Positions 46,140 through 56,329 of a stretch of 64,000 nt of DNA are shown piece after piece (position 1 is the first letter of the stretch; each line of letters begins with the position of its first letter). Position numbers and translations under genes: made by a program. The notes under the pieces are model-generated. The model did no database searches, was not told where the DNA came from, and worked only from the letters and a program-made list of their open reading frames with translations. This stretch comes from a bacterium (GTDB taxonomy: Bacteria > Patescibacteriota > UBA1384 > CAILIB01). Location: the NCBI GenBank assembly GCA_037131105.1, contig JBAXRQ010000001.1, forward strand, positions 560,589-624,588, in the 5' to 3' direction.

Positions 46140-46568
46140 CTTTTCGACGTCGACGCCCATGGATCGAGCAGTTCCCGCAATTATCTTAGCCGCCTCCTCA
46201 GGAGTACGTGCGCTAAGGTCCGACATCTTGATCTCAACGATCTTGGCCATCTGGTCCTTGGTAAGGGTACCGATCTTGGTCTTCTTTGGATTGGCGGAAC
46301 CTACCTTGATACCGAGTGCCTGCTTAATTAGTACGGCTGCAGGTGGCTGCTTCAGGATGAAACTGAAGGTACGGTCCTCGTAGATGGTAATTTCGCAAGG
46401 AATGATGGTATCGCCCTTGTCCTTGGTAGCCTCATTGAACTGCTTACAGAAGTCCATGATGTTAATACCTTGAGGACCGAGAACAGTACCTACTGGAGGT
46501 GCAGGCTGTGCCTTACCGGCTGGACACTGCAGCTTGATGATAGTCTTGATTGGCTTTTGAGTGGCCAT
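46137..46568 (-). CDS. rplK: 50S ribosomal protein L11
   Basis: AGKAQPAPPVGTVLG, FCKQFN, IAGTARSMG. Confidence 0.98.
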   Translation of the reverse strand: MATQKPIKTIIKLQCPAGKAQPAPPVGTVLGPQGINIMDFCKQFNEATKDKGDTIIPCEITIYEDRTFSFILKQPPAAVLIKQALGIKVGSANPKKTKIGTLTKDQMAKIVEIKMSDLSARTPEEAAKIIAGTARSMGVDVEK

Positions 46569-46571
46569 GGC

Positions 46572-47180
46572 TTAAACCTGAGTTAATTGTAGGTAGTCGA
46601 GTGTGACAGGGGTCTCGCGTCCAAACATAGAGACGAGAACCTTTACCTTGCCCTTCTCGACGTCGATGGAGTCAACCTTGGCCTGGAAGCCCTTCAGAGC
46701 GCCATCGGTGATCTGGACCAGGTCACCGTTCTTGTACTCGATCTTGTACTTAGGCTCCTCGATCTGCATACGGCGGCGAATGGACTCAACCTCAGTGGGA
46801 GACATCGGGGTGGGACGAACTCCGAAACCGATGAAGCCGGTGACGTTCGGGGTATTACGAACGACGAACCACGACTCTTCAGTCACCATCATGTCTACCA
46901 TGACGTAGCCAGGGAAGATCTTCTTCTCGACGGTGCGACGCTTGCCGTTTTTGATTTCAATCTGCTTTTCAACCGGTACCAGCACATCGAAGATCATGTC
47001 ACCCATGTTCAGAGACTCAATACGCTGATGCAGGTTCTGAGCTACCTGATCCTCATATCCGGAGTAGGTGTGGATAACATACCAGTTACGCTCACCGGAC
47101 TGTTTGCCGGTTGTGCGACCAGAAAGACGAGAAACCGTCTCTTCCTGGGCCTGTGGTGACTGCTGCTGTTCGCTCGACAT
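46572..47180 (-). CDS. nusG: Transcription factor NusG
   Basis: WYVIHTYSGYE, FPGYV, TPNVTGF, KOW domain, FGRETPV. Confidence 0.98.
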   Translation of the reverse strand: MSSEQQQSPQAQEETVSRLSGRTTGKQSGERNWYVIHTYSGYEDQVAQNLHQRIESLNMGDMIFDVLVPVEKQIEIKNGKRRTVEKKIFPGYVMVDMMVTEESWFVVRNTPNVTGFIGFGVRPTPMSPTEVESIRRRMQIEEPKYKIEYKNGDLVQITDGALKGFQAKVDSIDVEKGKVKVLVSMFGRETPVTLDYLQLTQV

Positions 47181-47189
47181 AGAGGCCGG

Positions 47190-47387
47190 TTATTTGTTGA
47201 CGATAAAACCGAGGCCGTGAATGAACACATAGTCCACACCGGCTACAAAAGCAGTGAAGACGACCAGTCCGACCACGACACTCACAAAGTGCTGAAGGAG
47301 CACCGGAAAAGTGGGCCAGACTACTTTACGTAGCTCAGCCTGTACTCCGCGGAAATAGGTGGTCAGCCAGGCTAGTGCCTTTTTCAT
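47190..47387 (-). CDS. secE: Preprotein translocase subunit SecE
   Basis: ELRKVVWPT plus one TM; directly upstream of nusG. Confidence 0.92.
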   Translation of the reverse strand: MKKALAWLTTYFRGVQAELRKVVWPTFPVLLQHFVSVVVGLVVFTAFVAGVDYVFIHGLGFIVNK

Positions 47388-47388
47388 A

Positions 47389-47760
47389 CTAGACGGTCTT
47401 TGCGGTTGCCTTCTTTGGTGCAGCGGCCTTAGGAGCCTTCGTAGCAGAGGTGGAGATAGTAGTAATCTTTACCTGTGTCAGCTGCTGACGGTGACCGAGA
47501 GTGCGACGCTGACGCTTCTTAGGCTTGTACGTCACTACCCTGATCTTTGGTCCCTTGCGCTGGGCAAGAACCTGGGCCACGACAGTAGCCCCCTCGATAA
47601 GAGGGGCTCCAACGATAGGATCTCCATCCTCCTGAACAAGAAGAACCTTGTCAAAGGTGATGTTGTCGCCCTCGTTTCCTTCCAGCTTTTCAACTGAAAT
47701 AACGCTGCCGGAACTTACTCGATATTGTTTGCCACCCGTTTCAATTACCGCGAAGGACAT
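47389..47760 (-). CDS. rplU: 50S ribosomal protein L21
   Basis: FAVIETGGKQYRV, GHRQQLT. Confidence 0.97.
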   Translation of the reverse strand: MSFAVIETGGKQYRVSSGSVISVEKLEGNEGDNITFDKVLLVQEDGDPIVGAPLIEGATVVAQVLAQRKGPKIRVVTYKPKKRQRRTLGHRQQLTQVKITTISTSATKAPKAAAPKKATAKTV

Positions 47761-47838
47761 GCCGATTCGTTAGAGTCTGATAGGATTGCGCTGGACAATT
47801 AAAAAAATCCCTAGTGCACTTACTGTACCAGATTAGCC

Positions 47839-48960
47839 TTAGAAGGTCAACCGCTTATACCGAATCACTACTGACTGGACAATTCCCAGGGCCAGCATAT
47901 TGGTGAAAAGAGTGGTGCCGCCGTAACTGAGTAGCGGCAACGGGATACCAGTAACTGGCATTAGACGGATGTTCATCCCAACGTTTACGAGCACCTCGAT
48001 CAGTACCTTGGCAAGCACCCCGATACAGATAAGCATGCCAAAATCATCCTTGGCAATGCGGGCGGCCTGCAGAACCCTATAGAGTAGAAAGAAGTATATT
48101 CCTAGTATCGCCCAGGTTCCCACCAGTCCCCAGGCCTCGGCAATACCAGCAAAAATGAAGTCAGCATATACAACAGGCAAGAAGTTCAGCTCTGACTGAC
48201 TCCCATAGCCTAGTCCTTTTCCGGTCACACCTCCCGAGCCAACCGCGATAACCGACTCCTGCACGTTGTAGCCGGTCTTCAAAGGGTCTCGCGAAGGATC
48301 GATAAAACTGGCCAGCCGGTCCTTCTGGTATTCCTTCAGAATCTTAGAGAAAGGAGCCACTTCTTTAAATGATAACGAGACCACTGTAATCACTAGTACT
48401 AGTCCCGTGATAATCGTAACCAGCTGCCATCTCCTGAGCCGGGCATGCAGAAGTATTACCGTCCCAGTGAATGCTACGACAATAGCGGTACCGAGGTCGG
48501 GCTGAAGCATGATGGCTACAACCGGAAGAAGTATAGCCCCGACTACCATGGCAAAACGTCGGCCCGATACCGCCATACGCGCCCGGCTCAGTAGCGCAGC
48601 CACTACGATGATGATGACCAGCTTCTCTATCTCAGCAGGCTGAAGCTGGAAAAATCCCAGATTGATCCAACGCTGGGCACCGAAGTCACTCTTTCCTATT
48701 GCTGGGATGCGGACCAGTACCAGGCCAATGAGACCGGCCAAATAGATCCAGTTCGCCCAGCTGCGCAAACCACGATAGTCTATAAACGTAGCTGCCAGCA
48801 TAAGGACCACTCCGATAACCCCAAACACGGCCTGATGCTCGTACAGCCCAGGACCACTGGAATCAACAGTAAGGGTGTAGATGAAGACAACGCTTATGGC
48901 CAACAGGATCAACGGCAGCAAATAGAGCCAGGGATCGAAGGTCTTAAAGCGATTCCACAT
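47839..48960 (-). CDS. rodA: SEDS family protein RodA
   Basis: GAQRWI, QPAE, QPDLGT, GSGG..GKG, DFIF, TGIPLPLLSYGG. Confidence 0.9.
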   Translation of the reverse strand: MWNRFKTFDPWLYLLPLILLAISVVFIYTLTVDSSGPGLYEHQAVFGVIGVVLMLAATFIDYRGLRSWANWIYLAGLIGLVLVRIPAIGKSDFGAQRWINLGFFQLQPAEIEKLVIIIVVAALLSRARMAVSGRRFAMVVGAILLPVVAIMLQPDLGTAIVVAFTGTVILLHARLRRWQLVTIITGLVLVITVVSLSFKEVAPFSKILKEYQKDRLASFIDPSRDPLKTGYNVQESVIAVGSGGVTGKGLGYGSQSELNFLPVVYADFIFAGIAEAWGLVGTWAILGIYFFLLYRVLQAARIAKDDFGMLICIGVLAKVLIEVLVNVGMNIRLMPVTGIPLPLLSYGGTTLFTNMLALGIVQSVVIRYKRLTF

Positions 48961-51818
48961 TAGGACGAGATAAGGTCTATATAGACACTCTCACCACCTA
49001 CTTGTGTCTCCACCGCATCAGTAGGGCGCCAACTATTCTCATCAAGACGTAAGAACGTGTCCGACAGAATATCGGCACGTAGCAACGGTTCCACGAGGTG
49101 CCTACCTGAAGGATCGACCACTAACAGCACCTCCTGACCTGGCTGTAGTCCTCGCTCCTTACGGAGTTGCTGGACGGTGCGCTGGAAGTCACGGGCCAGA
49201 CCGGCTTGTACCAGCTCATCTGTGAGTACAAAGTCCAACTCTACCGAAACGGCCGTTTCAGTGGTCTCGGCTTGGACCTTCAGTACATTCAGCTCTTCAC
49301 CCAGGATAGTAAGCAACTCCTGACGTACAGGGCGCAAGAAGTAAGCAGTCGCCTTGGCTAGGGGCTGGCGAACCTTGACCTTTTCAGACGCCCGGAGAGA
49401 TAGGCCTAGCTCAACGGCGGAACGTACCTCAAGCATTTCCTCATCCAGCTTCTCATCTCTTCCCGACAGCTCTCCTGGCCACTCTTCAAGATGGACCGAC
49501 TGGGGCTGTGAGTCGTGGCGCAGAGTCTGGTAAATCTGCTCACTGAGGAATGGAGTCAGCGGCGCCAGCATCACCGACAGATTCATGAGCACGTCATGAA
49601 GTATTGCGAAGAACGCCTGGTCATCCCGCTTACGGGAACGACGCAGATACCAGGTGGAAAGATCTCCCATATAACCTTCCAAGGTGCGCCCGGCCCGCAT
49701 AAAGTCGTAGGCCTCCATATGAGCGGTCACCTCAGCGCTAATCCGAGACTGCTGAGAAAGTATCCACTGGTCAAGGGCATTCTCCTGATTCTGGCGAGAA
49801 GCCTCGCGGTCCTCGGGGCTGGGTGCCTCAAAGTCGGCCAGATTGGCGTAGGTAACAAAGTAATTGAAGACGTTCCAGTAGAGCATCAGACCGCGACGGA
49901 AGGCTGTCTGAATCTCTTTGTGGCTCATGGCCTTCGACTCGCCTGGAGAGTTGACGGTGAGCAGAAACCAACGGATGGCATCGGCCCCGTGTTTAGCAAA
50001 CATCTCCCAGGGATCAAAGACATTACCCAATGACTTGGACATTTTCTTGCCGTCCTCGTCGACCAGGTGGCCCATGCACATCACCCTCTGGTAGGCGGTA
50101 CCGCGACCAGTAGCCGTACTAATGGCCTGCATGGTATAGAACCATCCCCTTGTCTGGTCCACTGCCTCAGCAATGTAGTCAGCTAGGAACTCACCGGCAG
50201 CCTCACGTCCGGAAGCATAGGGCATGGCCCCTGAGTCGAACCAGACATCGAGCACGAAGGGCTCATGGAAATACTCTTCCCCGTCCTTGACCAGCACTAT
50301 CTCATCCACTGAGGGACGATGCGGGTCAAACTCCTCCCCTACTTGAGAAGGGTCCTTGGCAAGCGATCTGAGCTCCTCAAAGGAACCGACACAGAGACTC
50401 TTTCCTGAAGCAGCCACCCAGATCGGCACCGGACTTCCCCAGAAGCGCTCTCGCGAGACCGCCCAGTCACGGGCCTCCTTAATGAACTCACCGAACCTAC
50501 CGTCCCGGATATGCTCTGGAAACCACTCTACCTGGGAGTTATTGGCTACCAGCTCACCTCTCAGCTTGGACATGGCAATGTACCAGGAATCTTTGGCGTA
50601 ATACAGTAATGCAGTCTTACAGCGCCAGCAGTGCGGATAGCTATGGGTGATGGTCTGCTTGGCGTAGAGCTTCCCCTTGCCGGCCAGGTCCTTGATGATG
50701 TCGATGATGGCATCCTTGGCGTAGCTTCCGGCAAACTCCTTCACATTTGGTAGGAAGTGGCCGTCGGGACCCACCGTATGCATCAGGGCCAAGCCCTCGT
50801 CCTTGGCCATGGTGAAGTCGTCCTCCCCGTACATGGGGGCCTCATGGGCGATACCGGTTCCGTCGGTCGATGTGACAAAATCAGCATGTACCACCACGAA
50901 CTTCCTACCCTCAGCATCAGCCAGAGGCTCTGGATAAAGTGGCTCATAGGAATTCCCTATAAGCTCAGAGCCCTTGAACTCATCAACGATGACATAGTCG
51001 CCCTTGAGTACCTCGAGGCGTTCCTTGGCGACAACGTATTCACGACCTTCCTGGGACACTGCCACATAGTCAATATCCTTACCGACAGCTAGTGCGGTAT
51101 TACCAGGTAGCGTCCATGGGGTGGTGGTCCAAGCCAGTACTAAACGGTTCGGATTGTCTATAAGGGGGAAGGAGACAAAGACCGAGATATCCTTGACGTC
51201 CTGATATTCCATGGCCACTTCGGCAGCAGATAGTCCGGTGCCGCAGCGCGGACAGTAAGGCAGCACTTTGTAACCCTTGTAGACTAGGTCACGGTCCCAG
51301 ATCTGCTTGAAGGTCTCCCAGACCTTTTCCACATACTTCGGCTCATAAGTGATGTAGGGATTCTCAGTGTCCACCCAGTAGCCAGTACGAGGTACGAACT
51401 TGTCCCACTCCTGCTTGAACTCCCAGACGCTGGTCCGGCAGGCATCGTTAAACTGACGCATAGAAGCCGCCTCGTCCCCAGGGACCAGGTTCAATACCTC
51501 CTTTTTCCCAGCCAAACCTAACTTCTTCTCTATTTGTACTTCTACAGGAAGGCCATGTGTATCCCAGCCGGCCTGGCGGCGCACATAGTCACCGCGCATG
51601 GTCCGGTAGCGGCCGACCACATCCTTAAAGGTCATGGGGACCATAGTATGCAGGGGCGGCTTGGCATTGGCTGTGGGCGGCCCGTCGTAGATCACATAAG
51701 GGGTCTTGCCGGCGTTACGCTCGACACTCTTTTGAAATATCTTTTCAGACTGCCAGAAGGAGAGAACCTCCTCTTCCTGGCCCGGAAAGTCAGGCTGGGG
51801 AGCAACAGGTTTGAACAT
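48960..51818 (-). CDS. ileS: Isoleucyl-tRNA synthetase, type 2
   Basis: DGPPTAN, GWDTHGLPVE, WTTTPWTLP, DQTRGWFY, KMSKS; IleRS2-type C-terminus (LD..LT.EL...GLAR...R..Q..RK). Confidence 0.95.
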   Translation of the reverse strand: MFKPVAPQPDFPGQEEEVLSFWQSEKIFQKSVERNAGKTPYVIYDGPPTANAKPPLHTMVPMTFKDVVGRYRTMRGDYVRRQAGWDTHGLPVEVQIEKKLGLAGKKEVLNLVPGDEAASMRQFNDACRTSVWEFKQEWDKFVPRTGYWVDTENPYITYEPKYVEKVWETFKQIWDRDLVYKGYKVLPYCPRCGTGLSAAEVAMEYQDVKDISVFVSFPLIDNPNRLVLAWTTTPWTLPGNTALAVGKDIDYVAVSQEGREYVVAKERLEVLKGDYVIVDEFKGSELIGNSYEPLYPEPLADAEGRKFVVVHADFVTSTDGTGIAHEAPMYGEDDFTMAKDEGLALMHTVGPDGHFLPNVKEFAGSYAKDAIIDIIKDLAGKGKLYAKQTITHSYPHCWRCKTALLYYAKDSWYIAMSKLRGELVANNSQVEWFPEHIRDGRFGEFIKEARDWAVSRERFWGSPVPIWVAASGKSLCVGSFEELRSLAKDPSQVGEEFDPHRPSVDEIVLVKDGEEYFHEPFVLDVWFDSGAMPYASGREAAGEFLADYIAEAVDQTRGWFYTMQAISTATGRGTAYQRVMCMGHLVDEDGKKMSKSLGNVFDPWEMFAKHGADAIRWFLLTVNSPGESKAMSHKEIQTAFRRGLMLYWNVFNYFVTYANLADFEAPSPEDREASRQNQENALDQWILSQQSRISAEVTAHMEAYDFMRAGRTLEGYMGDLSTWYLRRSRKRDDQAFFAILHDVLMNLSVMLAPLTPFLSEQIYQTLRHDSQPQSVHLEEWPGELSGRDEKLDEEMLEVRSAVELGLSLRASEKVKVRQPLAKATAYFLRPVRQELLTILGEELNVLKVQAETTETAVSVELDFVLTDELVQAGLARDFQRTVQQLRKERGLQPGQEVLLVVDPSGRHLVEPLLRADILSDTFLRLDENSWRPTDAVETQVGGESVYIDLISS

Positions 51819-51830
51819 AATAATGTGAGG

Positions 51831-52244
51831 TTAGAGGACTCCGTCCAGAGCCTGGTTTACCAACTTGTCGGCCAAGGCGTTCTGGGCGCGGCGGACATGG
51901 ACGAACTGGTACGGGATAGTGAGAGCGGACAGCTGCTGGAGAACCTTGGCGTGCAGCGTTTGCAAGAACGGTTCCTTTACCTTGTATTCACGTCGAATTT
52001 GCTTTACTACCAGCTCGCTGTCCAAATTGAAAAGAATAGAAGTTATGCCCTGAAGGGCAATAATCTGAGGCAGCTGCTCAAGTGCGTCAAGCACGCCGGT
52101 ATACTCGGCAACGTTATTGGTAGCGTCCCCTATAGTACGGGCATGCTCCAGATGGAACCCCTCGGCGTCAAAGACCACGCCAACAGCGGACGGACCTGGA
52201 TTGCCGCGAGCGCCTCCGTCGGTGTGAATAGTAAGGGTAGACAT
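51831..52244 (-). CDS. rnhA: Ribonuclease HI family protein
   Basis: TDGGARGNPG, TNNVAEY, DSELVV.Q, N..AD.L.N.ALD. Confidence 0.9.
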   Translation of the reverse strand: MSTLTIHTDGGARGNPGPSAVGVVFDAEGFHLEHARTIGDATNNVAEYTGVLDALEQLPQIIALQGITSILFNLDSELVVKQIRREYKVKEPFLQTLHAKVLQQLSALTIPYQFVHVRRAQNALADKLVNQALDGVL

Positions 52245-52285
52245 AGATTCACAGTAGCGCAATTCGAGTCTTTTCTCAATGCGAT

Positions 52286-52380
52286 CCTGGCCTACCTATC
52301 GCTGAAAACTGATCGCAGTCGGAAATTAGATGCGCGCCTTCGGCGCACGCTCAAAAGTTTTCAGCGATAGGCAGCCCAGG
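52286..52380. repeat. Long inverted-repeat element overlapping the rsmH 3' end
   Basis: Perfect 16-bp IR cctatcgctgaaaact / agttttcagcgatagg with inner gcgcc-ttc-ggcgc. Confidence 0.8.
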
Positions 52381-53253
52381 TACACGACAAATGCCGCGGA
52401 GTTTGGCGGACCTACTGCGCGGATTGGTATTCCTCTCCTCCTCAGTTGCCTCAATCGGCTTCTTGGTCAGGAGCTCAAAACCTCCGGCTGTTACAGCCTC
52501 CCGGAACCGATGCTTTACGATGCGATCCTCAAGAGAATGAAAGGAAATGATAGCCAGACGTCCCTCCGGTGCCAGCAGAGACAGGGCGTCGGCAATCCCC
52601 TGCTCCAGCACATCCAACTCCTGATTCACCGCGATCCGTAGGGCCTGAAAAACCCGGGTGGCCGGATGAGGATGCTTATGGCGTAGATGAGGTGGATATG
52701 CACCTTTGATCATATCGGCCAGATCCATAGTATTGGTAAACGGTCGTTTCTGTCGCCGCTCGAGAATCAGGCGGGCCAGCTTCCGGCCCAGGCGCTCCTC
52801 GCCGTAGGTAAAGAAGATTTCGGAGAGCTTATGCTCGGGCCAGGTATTAAGAATAGACGCTGCTGTCACCCCTCCGCGCTGGTCCATACGCATATCCAGC
52901 GGTCCCTCTTCTTGAAAGGAAAAGCCACGATCTGGAGTATCGATCTGGTAACTGGAAACTCCAAGATCCATCAGTACACCGTCAACTTGGGTGATGTCAC
53001 GCCCCTCGAGAAGAAATTTAAGATCACCAAAATTACCCTGAAGATAGTCGGCCTGCTTCCCCAGTCGTTTCTTAGACTTCAAAATGGCTTCAGCGTCCTG
53101 ATCGATGCCAATGACTCGCAGATTTTTCCCTCCCCTTTCAAGCATGGCAAGGCTATGGCCGCCCAGCCCAAGAGTGGCATCAACAAAAACCCCTCCTCGC
53201 TCGGGAAGTAAAAGCTCTAGCACTTCGTGCTCTAGGACTGGTATATGGGACAT
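52351..53253 (-). CDS. rsmH: 16S rRNA m4C1402 methyltransferase
   Basis: HIPVL, DATLGLGGHS, DLGVSS.Q, PLDMRMD, FQALRIAVN, SFHSLEDR, NPRSRSAKLR. Confidence 0.97.
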   Translation of the reverse strand: MSHIPVLEHEVLELLLPERGGVFVDATLGLGGHSLAMLERGGKNLRVIGIDQDAEAILKSKKRLGKQADYLQGNFGDLKFLLEGRDITQVDGVLMDLGVSSYQIDTPDRGFSFQEEGPLDMRMDQRGGVTAASILNTWPEHKLSEIFFTYGEERLGRKLARLILERRQKRPFTNTMDLADMIKGAYPPHLRHKHPHPATRVFQALRIAVNQELDVLEQGIADALSLLAPEGRLAIISFHSLEDRIVKHRFREAVTAGGFELLTKKPIEATEEERNTNPRSRSAKLRGICRVPGLPIAENF

Positions 53254-53262
53254 GGCGTCATC

Positions 53263-54477
53263 TTACTTGATGAAGCCGTCGTCGTCAAAGGCTCCAGAGA
53301 AATCAACTACGCTCTTGCGAGAGCCAGGATTGTGAGGAATACTGAGCAGCAGCTTGCGCTGGACGCCGAAAGCAAACCCTATAGCCTCAACTTTGGTAGA
53401 GCCCGTCTCGATGATCATGTCCGCATGCCGGGCGTCAAGGTTATTGCCCGTTCCGAAATTAGGATCCAACGGAGCCTTAAGGATGAGTACCTGATCTCCT
53501 ACAAGATAGGTCGGCGACTCTGCCACGCTGGCCATAGACTTGGCAATTGCTAGCGCCTTTGCGTTTGACGGTATCTGGACCCGCTGGTGCGAGTCGTCGA
53601 ACTCCAGCTTGTACCAGGTGCCATTAAGAAGTGAACTACTCCACATCAGCTTCAGGGAGGCCTTGCCATCAGAGCGATTCCCAATTGCTGACTCCATCTC
53701 AACCAACATGACCTTGTTAACAGTGTCGGGATAGACGTTATAGTACGGTATCTGAAGTATCAGGAAAGGATTGGAAGCGCTGGGTGCCGCCGGATCGGAT
53801 TGGATGATACCGGAGTTATAAGGCTTCGCATCCCAGACGGCATTATCACTATTGTAAGGCACCTCGCTATCGCTCAAGGTAAACTTCGGGTACGTGTTCA
53901 CACTGTGACCAGGAGTGTCATCCATATGAAGCCGCACAAAGCTGCGCACGGTCATATCATACCCCTGCGAAGAGCATCCCGTAGTAGGTATGGCCACAGG
54001 ATAGCTAGTGTTGCTTTGTGACGAGTTATAACCTGCCATATTATACACATACTTCGACTCGCCGGGCTTGCAGTCTTTGGTCCCGCTATATAGCCGGCGC
54101 AGGGTATACGGAAACGTCGTGCTATCCTGACTTATCGCGGTCCTGGTAGCAGGCACAGGATGCGGAATCGAAGGATCATACGGAGGACCGTACCTTATCC
54201 AAGGATTATGGGTATCATCAGGGGTGCCTATGCCATAAACGGGACCATACAGAGGGTTGGTAGCCAACAGGTCCGTGTTATTTAGAACTAGCGTAGCCTC
54301 CTGAATAGCCGACTGAGCCATATCGGTGGCCACCTTGGCGCTATCAAACTGAGCAACACTTCGAACCGTACCAGCCGAACGCCGAATAGCAAGCAGGGTA
54401 ACTGTTGAAACCACCATCATTACCAATAGGACGGTAAGCAGGGCGGAACCGGGTCTTCGGAAGGATGATATGGTCAT
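53263..54477 (-). CDS. PilX-like minor pilin
   Basis: RRPG|SALLTVLLVM type III signal without Glu5, A...AQSAI.EA; ATGA-coupled to the upstream pilin. Confidence 0.7.
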   Translation of the reverse strand: MTISSFRRPGSALLTVLLVMMVVSTVTLLAIRRSAGTVRSVAQFDSAKVATDMAQSAIQEATLVLNNTDLLATNPLYGPVYGIGTPDDTHNPWIRYGPPYDPSIPHPVPATRTAISQDSTTFPYTLRRLYSGTKDCKPGESKYVYNMAGYNSSQSNTSYPVAIPTTGCSSQGYDMTVRSFVRLHMDDTPGHSVNTYPKFTLSDSEVPYNSDNAVWDAKPYNSGIIQSDPAAPSASNPFLILQIPYYNVYPDTVNKVMLVEMESAIGNRSDGKASLKLMWSSSLLNGTWYKLEFDDSHQRVQIPSNAKALAIAKSMASVAESPTYLVGDQVLILKAPLDPNFGTGNNLDARHADMIIETGSTKVEAIGFAFGVQRKLLLSIPHNPGSRKSVVDFSGAFDDDGFIK

Positions 54478-55394
54478 GGTGCTGGTGTTGGGAAAGGAGT
54501 TGCCTGGGGTCCGCTGGAATAATCAGAGTGCCGGTTAGCAATGAACCTGAATGTCATCGGAGTACTGATCAGGGAGTTGTCTCCGGCTCGGCCTGAAAGC
54601 GCCGGCTTGCCGTTAGCAACGTTATATCTGGCAGTCAGCTGGATAGTGACTGCAGCCGGGTCAACGCCAGCGGTCCTGCTCGGGTTTATACTGGTAAGGT
54701 TAGTAAACACCGGAATGAACCGTAGTGAGAGTACCTCCATGGTGGGGGCAGTAACGTAGTCGACCGTTGTCAACATAACACTCCCCCCCTTAAACATGGC
54801 CTGTAGGTCTGAAGCGGTGCAGGATCTTGGCCTACTTAGCTGTGAGCCGTCAGGATCAAAGGAAGGCAACGTCGTAAGAGGCTCTGAGGTAAACCTAGCC
54901 AGGCGCTTCCCGGCAATAGCACTTGCTCCGGGCGTAGGCTCGGGACAGTAGATGCGCTTAATGAACTTACCTGTCCCGGCGCCGGCAGAGTCGAATACCG
55001 GCATTGTCATGACCAGGATATTGTCCGGTTCGTAGCATAGATAGTTTCCATGGGCACAGAAGGCCATCTGGGAATAATCGGACTGGTTAAACTGTACCAC
55101 CTGTATAGCGGCTGCCATCGTCTTGTTAATGCTAGGGGCAAAGGGCCAGTCTAGAGGAGTGCTTCCGGTTGAATCCGAATAATAGTTGATGGACGATTGC
55201 AGGTCAGAGGTAATAGCCTGCATTACCTGCTGGGACTGGGCAGCCAGCTGCTGGGACTGGCTTTCGTTAGCCTGCAGTCTTACCGTGGTCGCTAGCGTAA
55301 CGGTAGCCACGCTTGCGACCAGTACAAAGACTGAGACCGCCACCAACATCTCCAAAAGGGTAAACCCGGGCAGATTAGGATAGTCGTGTTTCAT
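54474..55394 (-). CDS. PilW/PulJ-like minor pilin
   Basis: G|FTLLEMLVAVSVF prepilin motif. Confidence 0.8.
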   Translation of the reverse strand: MKHDYPNLPGFTLLEMLVAVSVFVLVASVATVTLATTVRLQANESQSQQLAAQSQQVMQAITSDLQSSINYYSDSTGSTPLDWPFAPSINKTMAAAIQVVQFNQSDYSQMAFCAHGNYLCYEPDNILVMTMPVFDSAGAGTGKFIKRIYCPEPTPGASAIAGKRLARFTSEPLTTLPSFDPDGSQLSRPRSCTASDLQAMFKGGSVMLTTVDYVTAPTMEVLSLRFIPVFTNLTSINPSRTAGVDPAAVTIQLTARYNVANGKPALSGRAGDNSLISTPMTFRFIANRHSDYSSGPQATPFPTPAP

Positions 55395-56329
55395 CGGACC
55401 TTCAAACTAGGGGTATTATCTGTGATGAACACCGTACGGGTAAGCGTAGAGGCCGGCACCAGATAGTTTGAAACCTTGACCGTTACCGCATAGGTGGCGC
55501 TATTCAGGTCCTGAAGGGTAGTAACAGAGCTGAGAGAACTGGTTCGCAAGCCAGCAACCGTCGTCAAGCAGTTGACAGGGGTAGTACCGTTGGCCTTCTT
55601 GCACGGGTTCTGGGTGATAATCACACTACGTATATAGAAATTCCAGTTCTTAGCATTCGCAGCAGAAGCCTGCAGACAAGAAGTAGTGACCCCGAGAAGA
55701 GAGGACCCTGGTATGCCCGTAGCAGGACTGAGAGCACTCAAAACCATAGGATGAGGAACAGCGCCCAGGGGGACAGCTGGTAAAGGAGTCACCCTTGGGT
55801 CAACTGGCATACAGTCAGTCCAACTTTCCTGCTTGCTTTTATAGGTAGCATCTCCCCCATGCAGGTCAATACTGGGATCAACCCGACGAACGGCTACAAG
55901 CTCACCTCCAACGCTGGCATAGGTATCAGAGACGCTGGATCTCCCGAAATTATCGTAATCGACTGGAGTCGATACCACCGGAGCAGTAACGTTCGTGCAA
56001 CTCGTATTCCGCTCACACCACTTGACCATGCCCGTAGCGGTATCAGTATAGAAGCTTCCCTCCACCGTTCCCCCCGAAGTGATACCGAACACGCTAGACA
56101 AGGGAGCCGCACCGGGAGCCTCATACCGCGTATCAGCAAACAGTTGAGCGGCCGAGATAGCCTCGTCGGCAAGGCCTGTCATCTGGGCCCGGTCTGCCGC
56201 CCGGAAGGCCTGGGAAGCCATAGTACGGCTCGCAAGGACAGTACCCCCCAGCACCAAGGTCAGAATAGCCAGGGCGGCCAGGGTCTCTAGCAAGGTGAAA
56301 CCAGATTGTCGACGCAGGGTAATAGTCAT
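55391..56329 (-). CDS. PilV/PulI-like minor pilin
   Basis: RRQSG|FTLLETLAALAI. Confidence 0.8.
   Translation of the reverse strand: MTITLRRQSGFTLLETLAALAILTLVLGGTVLASRTMASQAFRAADRAQMTGLADEAISAAQLFADTRYEAPGAAPLSSVFGITSGGTVEGSFYTDTATGMVKWCERNTSCTNVTAPVVSTPVDYDNFGRSSVSDTYASVGGELVAVRRVDPSIDLHGGDATYKSKQESWTDCMPVDPRVTPLPAVPLGAVPHPMVLSALSPATGIPGSSLLGVTTSCLQASAANAKNWNFYIRSVIITQNPCKKANGTTPVNCLTTVAGLRTSSLSSVTTLQDLNSATYAVTVKVSNYLVPASTLTRTVFITDNTPSLKVR

Noticed and set aside
45792-46331. Short ORFs 45792..45986, 45983..46180 and 45987..46331
   Set aside because: They overlap a promoter, terminator, palindromic element or rplK antisense, and lack start signals
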